From assembly GCA_902493275.1 (NCBI GenBank), contig CABUOQ010000002.1, positions 30,328 to 94,327 of the forward strand: a stretch of DNA of 64,000 nt. Reading direction: 5' to 3'. Below, piece after piece: positions 1 to 8,263 of the stretch. Under the pieces are notes generated by a model. The model made no database searches, was not told where the DNA came from, and saw only the letters and a list, made by a program, of their open reading frames with translations. Source of the stretch: an uncultured Bacillota bacterium (lineage in GTDB: Bacteria; Bacillota_I; Bacilli_A; RFN20; CAG-449). The position numbers and the translations under genes were made by a program. Each line of letters begins with the position of its first letter. The stretch's first letter is position 1.

Positions 1-1211
1 CCAGTGAATTTGCCTTCCGAAGCATAGACAATTAATTTTCCATCTTCGGTTTTGCAATTAGAAAAAGTCATATCAAATGGTCTAATACGTCCTTCATTGC
101 TACCCCAACCGGAATCAGGATCGCACTTTGAGAACATCTTATGATCCGTTACCAATCCTTTTTCTGTCATCAATGATTGCGCTACAGGTCCGCAATGGAA
201 TAAAATTACTTTATTTTCATCTTCACCATAATTATTATTCCAATCTAAGCAAGCAGTAGGGTATTCGCTAGCTAATGCCATAGCTCTCATGGTAATTGCA
301 CTACATAAATCAATTTCACAAGAAGCGACAATGCCTCTATCATTTAACTCTGAGAGTAATACACATGGGCATACACGATAATATGTTTCCATCTCATTCC
401 AACATCTTAATGTAATTGCATCTAGATGATATTCATCAATATATTGATCAATTACAACTGACATTTTACTAAGAGTGATTATTCGATCTTTAGGTACGCA
501 TGTAAAATTAGTGTAATTTATTAATCTTTCTTTCTTAGCTATAACTTTTTCATCATCGTCTTTTAATTCATCAACCTTATGAAAGAATTCCGATAAATCA
601 AAAGATTCTACCGTGATTCCATATTTTTCTAATGCTATTTCATCATAACGAACAGTTTTAAAAGCTGTTGTTCTAGCACCTAATACTCCGATTGAGAATC
701 TTTTCATTCCTTTTACAACACGACATATTGCTGCAAAATCATCTAGATTTTCTTTAAACTTAGGATCTAAAGGATGAACCACATGAGGTTTTAAAACAGT
801 AAATGGTACTTTGTATTGATTGAAAACATCAGTGATAGAAAACTTACCACAAAATGCATCTCGACGATGAGCGAAATCCATTTTTCCAATCTCATCAGGA
901 TAAGCTTGCATAAGAACTGGGACTCCACAATCACGAAGTGCTGTTATTGCTCCGTTTTCATCAATGAAGATTGGCATACATAAAATAACACCATCATATT
1001 CACCTTCGTGATCCTTCAAAAATTGATGATAGAGCAATCCTTCATCTCTTGTTTCAACTGCGCCATATCTAGTTGCTTTTTCATCCATTATAATATAATT
1101 GTAACCCGCGTCAGTGACAGCCTTAACCATCTCTTCACGAGCGGTAGAAATTAGTTCAGCAGGCATAAAGCCTCTATTGCCAAAAAATAAAGCAAAAGTA
1201 TTTTTTTTCAT
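1..1211 (-). CDS. Sugar isomerase of the L-fucose/L-arabinose isomerase (FucI-like, short form) family. The N-terminus is at 1211 and the C-terminus is cut by the window edge.
   Basis: The reverse-strand ORF starts with ATG at 1209-1211 (MKKNTFALFFGNRGFMPAELI...), has an AAGGAA RBS upstream, and runs off the window. The long N-terminal region resembles FucI-family isomerases. Assigned from memory of the family, not from a search. Confidence 0.45.
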   Translation of the reverse strand, partial: MKKNTFALFFGNRGFMPAELISTAREEMVKAVTDAGYNYIIMDEKATRYGAVETRDEGLLYHQFLKDHEGEYDGVILCMPIFIDENGAITALRDCGVPVLMQAYPDEIGKMDFAHRRDAFCGKFSITDVFNQYKVPFTVLKPHVVHPLDPKFKENLDDFAAICRVVKGMKRFSIGVLGARTTAFKTVRYDEIALEKYGITVESFDLSEFFHKVDELKDDDEKVIAKKERLINYTNFTCVPKDRIITLSKMSVVIDQYIDEYHLDAITLRCWNEMETYYRVCPCVLLSELNDRGIVASCEIDLCSAITMRAMALASEYPTACLDWNNNYGEDENKVILFHCGPVAQSLMTEKGLVTDHKMFSKCDPDSGWGSNEGRIRPFDMTFSNCKTEDGKLIVYASEGKFT

Positions 1212-1280
1212 ATATAATATTTCCTTTCAAAATAATTTTAAGAAAATATCACTAATTTATATATTAGCTAAAATACATTT

Positions 1281-2135
1281 TTACTGTAATTTTGTCCGTA
1301 TGTTTTTTCTATATTTTCCCGCTGATACTCCAACATATTTTTTAAATACGCGTGTAAAATAATTATAGTCATTAAATCCTACTAAATAAGTTAATTCCAC
1401 TAAAGAACAATCACTTTCTTTTAAAATCTCTTTAGCTTTTTCAATTCTTTTAAACTTTACGTATTCAGATACTCCCATACTTAAATATTTATCTGCTTTT
1501 GTATAAAGTAATGTTCTACTAATATGCAAAGCTTTAGCGATATCATTCACATTTAATTTAGGATTTAAAATATTATTATCGATAAAGCAATCAATCTCAT
1601 TTAAAAACTTTTCTTTTTGTATTGAAAGCATCTTCTCACTTATCGCATATTTAGCTAACGCTAATAAAATAGTCGACATGCTTTTTAAACGCGTTTCTTC
1701 AACATATTCTATCTCAGACAATGCTTTTTTTAATTCATCAACATTATTCGTCATATAATTTAATTCTTTAAAACATTGATTTCTTTGTTCTTTATTTTTT
1801 ATATCACTTATTTGACCAAACATAATAAAGCCTACGATGGAACCATCAATTTTTAGATTAATCATTGCTTCAACCAACTTTGAATGGCAATGGTAAATAT
1901 TTAATTCATCGCTTTTTAGACATTTTAAAAACGATTCTTCATTCGATTTCGAGCATCTTTTCCTACCATTTTCATCTTTTTGTATTATTTCACAAAAACG
2001 ACAATTATGTGGAGGATAAGAGATAATCTCTTTATAAGATGTATCAAAAATTACAATTCTAACTCCAGTTAGAACATAGAAGCTTTTTAAAAGGTTTAGC
2101 AATTTTTCATAATTAAATTTAAGTTTCATCGACAT
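1281..2135 (-). CDS. AraC-family transcriptional regulator with an N-terminal Cys-containing PocR-like sensory domain.
   Basis: The C-terminus carries an AraC HTH (LVELTYLVGFNDYNYFTRVFKKYVGVSAGKYRKN). The N-terminal about 150 aa have a conserved Cys/His pattern (CRFCEII...HCHSKL) typical of PocR domains. It overlaps the upstream gene end by 17 nt. Confidence 0.6.
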   Translation of the reverse strand: MSMKLKFNYEKLLNLLKSFYVLTGVRIVIFDTSYKEIISYPPHNCRFCEIIQKDENGRKRCSKSNEESFLKCLKSDELNIYHCHSKLVEAMINLKIDGSIVGFIMFGQISDIKNKEQRNQCFKELNYMTNNVDELKKALSEIEYVEETRLKSMSTILLALAKYAISEKMLSIQKEKFLNEIDCFIDNNILNPKLNVNDIAKALHISRTLLYTKADKYLSMGVSEYVKFKRIEKAKEILKESDCSLVELTYLVGFNDYNYFTRVFKKYVGVSAGKYRKNIRTKLQ

Positions 2136-4404
2136 ATATACATCTATAATCTTTCGGGTAATAAATACCTAGTGAGTCGTCGCCATTATTAATTAATTTA
2201 ACTTCTTCATAATCTCCAACTTTAATTATTAACTCGCCTTTTTCTTTTAGATGTTCTTTTTTCAAATAGATAACTTTATTTTCTGAATCAATTCTTACCA
2301 AAGAGAATATTGCTTGGCAAAAAATAACTAAAATACAACTTGTCAATCCGTGATTTAAAGAAGCAAATACCGTATCATGTTCCCATAAAGTTCCTGTTAA
2401 TTCCGCCATTTTATAAAAATAAGAGATACTTTCGTCGGCAACTTCAACAAGATGATTATACTTCAAAAATATAAACAATCGCAAATAATCACCTATTAAT
2501 ACATTAGATTTATAAATTTCAGGGTATACTTTTTCATAATCTCGTGTTGGTCCGAAAAACTTTAATAAATTTTCAAATAAACTCGGATAATTTTTTTTAT
2601 TAGCAATATCAAAATAAAATGCATAATATTGACAAGTCTCAGTAATATTATTTGTTAATTCAAACTCACCATTATCATTACGGATCATATTATCAACAAA
2701 GAATGTGCCATTATAAGCATATTTTTGAATAGTTTTAATTAGTTTATGCCCTTTTTCTATCAGCGAATTATCGTTTAATAATTCTCCAGCACATATTAAC
2801 ATCTTACTATAAACCATATTGGAAGGAAAATTAATACCTTTAATGAATTCATCATCGTTAGCCTTAGACCATTCAATAAAAATCCATCCTTGAAGATTTT
2901 CTAATAAGCCAAGTTCATTTTCAAAATTTTTAAAATAGTCCAAAAGCATTTTAACTTTTGGTAAAGATTTGTCAATTAATATCTTATCTCCTGTTCTTTG
3001 ATAATAATTTTTCAATTCTAAAACATACCACATCGACCAATTTGGAATAAAATTACCATCAGGGAATTCTCCTGGATAACACATTGGGATCATATTTTTA
3101 GGTAATGTCGACATATTTTCCGCTAGAGCATAATTTTCTAAAAAATTGCGCTCTACAATGTTTTTATTAGTCAAAAGATATTCACTCATCGACGTAAAAT
3201 AGGAATCAAAAAGCCAACCTGCTCTTTCTCTCGATGGGCAATCGGTTAGAATATCGACGCTATTTTGTGCAAATGTTGAAACAGCTGCATCACAGATAGC
3301 TTGGATTCTTTTATTTTCAAATTCATATTTAAAACCATCAATAATAGTCTCATATAATCTTAAAGAAACATTATGGACTTTTATTTCTCCTTTAGCAATT
3401 ACTAAACGTAAATATTTAATGGTATATGGTTCAAAGCAAAGGTGATAAAGTCTTCCTTTTTTTATTTCATAAGAAACGATATTTTGCGTGGTATTACGAT
3501 AAAACTTTATGCTAAGTGGCACTTCTTTTCCGCATGAAGAATCAACTTCATCAAAAATAAAATATATTTCACTATCTCTCAGACATTCAATTTCAAATTC
3601 AATAAATCCGGTTTTAGACTTATCTAATTCATAAGTAATAAACGTTCCTTTTTTTAATTTGTCTATCGAATTATCAAGTGAATATTCAAGTTTTGAAATA
3701 TAGTCATTTGGATTAACTTCCCATTCATCAATTGGAAAAATTTTTAGATAATCCAGCAACATATAGCGATCGCGATAAGGCTTTTTATTTCGATTAAACT
3801 TAAATGTTCCTTTCTCTATCTGCTTAAATAATATATTAGGAAAAGTTTGATAAACTACATTTTTATTAAGATATTGTTTATGCCTAAAAATATCACATTT
3901 AACTTCCTCTAATGGATTAATTTTTCCCAATAAAAAATCTTTAAAGCTAAAATCAAAATGATACGATTCTGAAAAAGTTCTTTGAAAAGAAAAGCGCGAT
4001 ACCTTCACATAACGAGTTTTATTCAAATAACATTTAAAATCGTTATCATTAGATGTATACGCGATAACTTTGTTTCTTGTAAAAATTTCACAAACTAAAA
4101 AAGGCTCAGCACTTGAAAAGTACATTGAATTACAGCCACTAGCATAGTGTTCAATAATTATATAATGTTCACCTTTATCAAGTTCATAAGTATCAACTCT
4201 ATAAAACCTTTTAGCGGCTCTTGATGGTCCATATCCCATCAATTTACCATTATCAAATAATCTATATAATTCATTGGCCGTAATATTGATTTTAGCTTTT
4301 TCAGTCAAATTAATTCTTTGGGCAAAGAACAAAGAAATATTCATTTGTTCTAAATATTTAGTTGGATATATTGGTTTAGCTTTTTTAAAAAATTTATTTA
4401 ACAT
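2119..4404 (-). CDS. Alpha-L-rhamnosidase, GH78-like, cytoplasmic.
   Basis: It contains the GH78 catalytic-domain hallmark DCPSRERAGWLFD (DxPxRERxGW) and has no signal peptide. The track ORF extends to 4476, but the ATG at 4402-4404 (MLNKFFKKAK) is the only in-frame start with an RBS (AAGGTG); the ATGs at 4476, 4428 and 4344 have none. Start set to 4404. Confidence 0.7.
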   Translation of the reverse strand: MLNKFFKKAKPIYPTKYLEQMNISLFFAQRINLTEKAKINITANELYRLFDNGKLMGYGPSRAAKRFYRVDTYELDKGEHYIIIEHYASGCNSMYFSSAEPFLVCEIFTRNKVIAYTSNDNDFKCYLNKTRYVKVSRFSFQRTFSESYHFDFSFKDFLLGKINPLEEVKCDIFRHKQYLNKNVVYQTFPNILFKQIEKGTFKFNRNKKPYRDRYMLLDYLKIFPIDEWEVNPNDYISKLEYSLDNSIDKLKKGTFITYELDKSKTGFIEFEIECLRDSEIYFIFDEVDSSCGKEVPLSIKFYRNTTQNIVSYEIKKGRLYHLCFEPYTIKYLRLVIAKGEIKVHNVSLRLYETIIDGFKYEFENKRIQAICDAAVSTFAQNSVDILTDCPSRERAGWLFDSYFTSMSEYLLTNKNIVERNFLENYALAENMSTLPKNMIPMCYPGEFPDGNFIPNWSMWYVLELKNYYQRTGDKILIDKSLPKVKMLLDYFKNFENELGLLENLQGWIFIEWSKANDDEFIKGINFPSNMVYSKMLICAGELLNDNSLIEKGHKLIKTIQKYAYNGTFFVDNMIRNDNGEFELTNNITETCQYYAFYFDIANKKNYPSLFENLLKFFGPTRDYEKVYPEIYKSNVLIGDYLRLFIFLKYNHLVEVADESISYFYKMAELTGTLWEHDTVFASLNHGLTSCILVIFCQAIFSLVRIDSENKVIYLKKEHLKEKGELIIKVGDYEEVKLINNGDDSLGIYYPKDYRCIYVDET

Positions 4405-5896
4405 ATTGCACCTTAAATTGTAATTCATTTTCACTAAATTGTGAATTATCATAAATAAATGAATAAGGTTTAGCATCTATAATTATTTCATTATCCATTT
4501 TTTGTTTTTTTAAAGTTAGCATCATATCGCCAAAAAATAGCATATTTTTTTCTCTATTTATTTTTGAATTTAATTTAATAGTTATTTCCCCTTCTTTATC
4601 TAAAGGAAGATAAATCCAACCATTTTCAGCAACATAGTCTCTAGCATAAAAATTAAGTGGCAATTTTATCTTTATTTTTTTAGGGGAACATGGCTTAATG
4701 ACCTTTAAATTTATAATATTATTATTTAAATAAAATTCATTATCTAAAATGAAATGAATATCTTCATCCTCATATTCTTGTTTCAAAGAAAATGGAACTA
4801 CATAACAATCATCTTCTTTAAAACAACAAAAATCAGATATATATTTAAATCCATCGCCTAAGCGCATAGTGCAACAAAAATATGCCTCATATAAATATGA
4901 TTGCAATTCATACTTATCATCAATTGCACAAGTTGAACATCCTGCGCCACCATTATCTCTTTGAAAAGTTCTAATCGAATTAGTATAAATTCGATTAAAC
5001 AAATCGACATATGTCTCTTCTTTAGTGATTAAAAATAATTCTTTAGATAATATTAAACTATCGACAATGCAGCATGGTTCAGTCCAAGTATTGCTACGCT
5101 TAAACCAATTTATATTGGAGTAATCATAAGTCATACCTCTTACAATGTATTCTTTAAAAATATTCTTAGCATACTCTAAATACTTCTTTTCTTTAACGAT
5201 TTTATAAAAATTTAATATTGCTCTTGCACATGATAACGTTGCATGTGTTTGACATTCTAAATTAACATAATCAATTTTCAAAAATTCTTCAATTATAGCA
5301 ATTATAAGTTCTTTCAATCTTTGATCTTTTAAAAGCTCATATGCAGCAGTGATACCATCGAGCATAATAAATGCACACCCAACATCTGTTGAAACCTTCC
5401 AACCATTGAAAACGTTACCATCTAAACTACCTCCAACTCCGCCAAAACGACGATTATTGTCTGGATATCTTAGATAATATGGTGCAATTTGTAACAAATA
5501 ATTCTCAACTATGGATTTAACTTGTTTTAGATATTTTTCTTCTTTGGAAATTTTATAATATTCGATTAATCCTCTAAGAAACCATGAATTACCTGATACT
5601 TGTTGCTCATCAACAAATAAATCATTAAATGGCTCTCCAAAATAACCAAATTCATTTAAATTATCCTCGATATGATCAAATATATTTTTTAACTGCATTA
5701 AAATATCATCCTGCATTTGCTTATATCCATCAAACGCATGATATAAAGAAGTTAATGCTAAAATATCTCTTCCTTGAAAATCTCCCGGCCACGAACCGCC
5801 TTGATCAAAGAGTTTTTCAGATTGATAAATCGGATCGCTTAATCTATTGCGATTTAATTTCATTCTGCGATATAGATCACCTAAGATTTTTTTCAT
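4394..5896 (-). CDS. Cytoplasmic Cys-rich protein, putative glycoside hydrolase of unknown family.
   Basis: A 500-aa ORF with a strong RBS (GGGGAG) and no signal peptide, embedded in a glycan-utilisation operon. It has three CC dipeptides (TEPCC, YFCCT, DFCCF) reminiscent of Zn/Cys-dependent glycosidases. The family is not recognised with confidence. Confidence 0.35.
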   Translation of the reverse strand: MKKILGDLYRRMKLNRNRLSDPIYQSEKLFDQGGSWPGDFQGRDILALTSLYHAFDGYKQMQDDILMQLKNIFDHIEDNLNEFGYFGEPFNDLFVDEQQVSGNSWFLRGLIEYYKISKEEKYLKQVKSIVENYLLQIAPYYLRYPDNNRRFGGVGGSLDGNVFNGWKVSTDVGCAFIMLDGITAAYELLKDQRLKELIIAIIEEFLKIDYVNLECQTHATLSCARAILNFYKIVKEKKYLEYAKNIFKEYIVRGMTYDYSNINWFKRSNTWTEPCCIVDSLILSKELFLITKEETYVDLFNRIYTNSIRTFQRDNGGAGCSTCAIDDKYELQSYLYEAYFCCTMRLGDGFKYISDFCCFKEDDCYVVPFSLKQEYEDEDIHFILDNEFYLNNNIINLKVIKPCSPKKIKIKLPLNFYARDYVAENGWIYLPLDKEGEITIKLNSKINREKNMLFFGDMMLTLKKQKMDNEIIIDAKPYSFIYDNSQFSENELQFKVQYVK

Positions 5897-5920
5897 ATAC
5901 TCCCCATTCTAAACATGAAT

Positions 5921-5952
5921 ATATGGAATCGGAACTTAATCCGATTCCATAT
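5921..5952. other. Perfect 13-bp stem-loop between two cistrons of the minus-strand glycan-utilisation operon.
   Basis: atatggaatcgga (5921-5933) pairs perfectly with tccgattccatat (5940-5952) across the loop acttaa. A T-tract follows on the plus strand only. On the minus strand it sits 21 nt after the lipoprotein gene stop and just upstream of the GGGGAG RBS of the next gene. Confidence 0.6.
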
Positions 5953-5973
5953 TTTATTTCTTAATATTTTTTT

Positions 5974-8214
5974 TTATTTTGCAATAGCTGTTAATTCTAC
6001 AGTAACAGCATTAACGTAAATTGTTCCTGTTGAGCCTGCATCTGGTGCAAAGAAAGAGAAGAAATCAACTGTTCTATTTGCTACCCATGTTATTTCACTA
6101 TGATGATAACCTAATTCAACACTACCAATATCTAAGAAGACATTGTTATCAAAGTTATACATAAATCTTCCACCATTCCATGTTTTCACATAGTAGTCTA
6201 AAGATATTTTATATGTATGTGTATTTTCAATTCTTCCATTACCTTGGAACCATTCAGTAGTAGTATTACCATTTTTAAAGACCAATTTCTTAGGTGCACT
6301 ACCCATTGCTTCATTAGCAATTACATCATTATCTCCATCAAAATCACCAACTGTTCTAGTTGCATCATCGCAATTTCCAAATTGACGAGAATCTTGTGAG
6401 AATGTAAAGCCTACTTTATGTCCATTTGGAGTTTGATCATCTGGAATAGCTTCAGCCTCTTCTAATTTTGCAACAACGCTACCAATATAAATTTCAAAAG
6501 AAGGGTTATTAGCGCCATAAATATTTAATTGATTCCATCCGCTTTGAATTGTACCTTCATATTTAATACAGAAGATTCCATTACCGACATCAATAGTTGT
6601 TGTTGGCAATGTTGGATTACCATTATCTCCCATCATAATAAGACATAATCCGCCACTATTGACACCATAATAATAGATTTCGATGGTTAATTTTTTACCT
6701 TCGACCATATTATTTTTTGTTAATCCAGTAAATAAGTGACCATCAGCGTTAGTTAATTTTAAAGCATTGTTAGTAAATTTATCACTAGCAATCATTGCTT
6801 GTTTTGCAGTTTCATTTTCAATATTGTTAATTATAACGGCTTCACCATTAGTTGCACCTGCGCCTTTATCATCCATATTCCATGTAAATCCGGTTTCAGT
6901 TGATAATTGCTCACTTGTTGGAACAACAGCTTGAATTTGAGCGATTTCTTTAGAGCTAATTTCCAAATTATCAATAGCGATAATTGCATCAGTAGTTGAA
7001 CCACTTAATTTAAAGAAACCAAACCATGCATTTCCAGTTTCAGGAACAATCGTTCCAGGGAAAGTAAATGATGCTGTATGCACTTCATTGACTGTTGTGT
7101 TGCTATTAATAAAGTTTTGATTTAATCCATTAGAACCATCCCAGTTCATTTGAACATAGAAATCAGAGAAATTAGCTGCGGAAGCAGATAAAATCTTATA
7201 TGAGAATGAAACTGTATAAGTCGCAGAAATTCCACGATGGAAATAATCATTGAATTGATTCATGAAAATACAATTAGATGCGCTTCCTGCAGTTCTATTA
7301 GCATCTAATATCAATGAGTTACCTGCAATAGCATCTTCTCCACCTGAAAGGTGTGTAGCATTATTAGAATCTGCCATTGAACGATATGTTGGAGAACGTG
7401 TGCCTTGAGCAAAATTCTCTTTAAATGTGCCATATTCAGTCATGGTTGAAGGATCTTGGAATCCTGTTACATCAAATGTTTCCTCATGAGCTGGTGTAAC
7501 ATTAATAACAATTTCCTCTTCAGCGAAAAGTTCTGAGTCAGTTGGATCTTCAACATAGTAAGCTATTCTATGCTCTCCAGCAATGTTTGCTTTAAACTTA
7601 CCATCTTTAATTGATCCAGTTTCATTTAAGTCTTCCAATTCAATAGAACTTGTTAAATCATTACCACGATAATCTTTAGCACTAACAGTAGGTAATGTTA
7701 ACTCTTCACCAACTTTGACTGTATATTGTTTTACAGATGGCATAGTAAATACAGGTGCGCTGGCTTCTTCAACAACAATTGTAACTTTACCTGTTTTCGC
7801 TCCATCTGTTGAAGTAGCAATAACATCTGCAGTTCCTTTAGCCACGGCAGTTACTTGTCCAGTTTCATCGACAGTCAAAACCGCTGTATCTGATGAAGAT
7901 AAAGTATATGTTTTATCATCGGCAGTTTCTGGTAATACTGTAACCGTAACAGTTGTTTTATCACCAACAAATAAATTAGTTTTTTCAGCGGTAATAGTTA
8001 CGCTTTCGACATGAATAACTTCCTGTGATGAACTAGAAGATGATAATACTTCTTCACTGGAAGATTCTGAAACTTCTTCACTAGAAGATTCGTTAGATGA
8101 AATACTTTCACTAGAGGATAATGAACTGGAATTGTTGTTATTATTACAACCAGCTAATCCAACAGAAAGTATGGCTGCCAAACAGACAGCAAAGGGCATA
8201 ATTTTCTTTTTCAT
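5974..8214 (-). CDS. Surface lipoprotein with a Ser-rich tether, a Big_2-type Ig-like domain and a large C-terminal region of unknown, possibly carbohydrate-binding, function.
   Basis: Lipobox LAGC after MKKKIMPFAVCLAAILSVG, followed by a poly-N/S/E low-complexity linker. Big_2-like segment: VESVTITAEKTNLFVGDKTTVTVTVLPETADDKTYTLSSSDTAVLTVDETGQVTAVAKGTADV. Confidence 0.5.
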   Translation of the reverse strand: MKKKIMPFAVCLAAILSVGLAGCNNNNNSSSLSSSESISSNESSSEEVSESSSEEVLSSSSSSQEVIHVESVTITAEKTNLFVGDKTTVTVTVLPETADDKTYTLSSSDTAVLTVDETGQVTAVAKGTADVIATSTDGAKTGKVTIVVEEASAPVFTMPSVKQYTVKVGEELTLPTVSAKDYRGNDLTSSIELEDLNETGSIKDGKFKANIAGEHRIAYYVEDPTDSELFAEEEIVINVTPAHEETFDVTGFQDPSTMTEYGTFKENFAQGTRSPTYRSMADSNNATHLSGGEDAIAGNSLILDANRTAGSASNCIFMNQFNDYFHRGISATYTVSFSYKILSASAANFSDFYVQMNWDGSNGLNQNFINSNTTVNEVHTASFTFPGTIVPETGNAWFGFFKLSGSTTDAIIAIDNLEISSKEIAQIQAVVPTSEQLSTETGFTWNMDDKGAGATNGEAVIINNIENETAKQAMIASDKFTNNALKLTNADGHLFTGLTKNNMVEGKKLTIEIYYYGVNSGGLCLIMMGDNGNPTLPTTTIDVGNGIFCIKYEGTIQSGWNQLNIYGANNPSFEIYIGSVVAKLEEAEAIPDDQTPNGHKVGFTFSQDSRQFGNCDDATRTVGDFDGDNDVIANEAMGSAPKKLVFKNGNTTTEWFQGNGRIENTHTYKISLDYYVKTWNGGRFMYNFDNNVFLDIGSVELGYHHSEITWVANRTVDFFSFFAPDAGSTGTIYVNAVTVELTAIAK

Positions 8215-8263
8215 TGTTTTCTCCTTTCTTTAGTAACAATTTTTCAGAAAAACTTTTTAATAA

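Noticed and set aside
1114-1362. 82-aa plus-strand ORF overlapping the start of the isomerase gene and its upstream region.
   Set aside because: It is antisense to, or overlaps, a well-supported minus-strand gene start. It is a low-complexity AT-rich translation with no RBS, so likely spurious.
5629-5964. 111-aa plus-strand ORF ending at the 13-bp hairpin.
   Set aside because: It lies entirely antisense within the N-terminal coding region of the protein at 4394-5896 and has no RBS. However, the hairpin and T-tract would terminate any antisense transcript here, which is noted in the findings.
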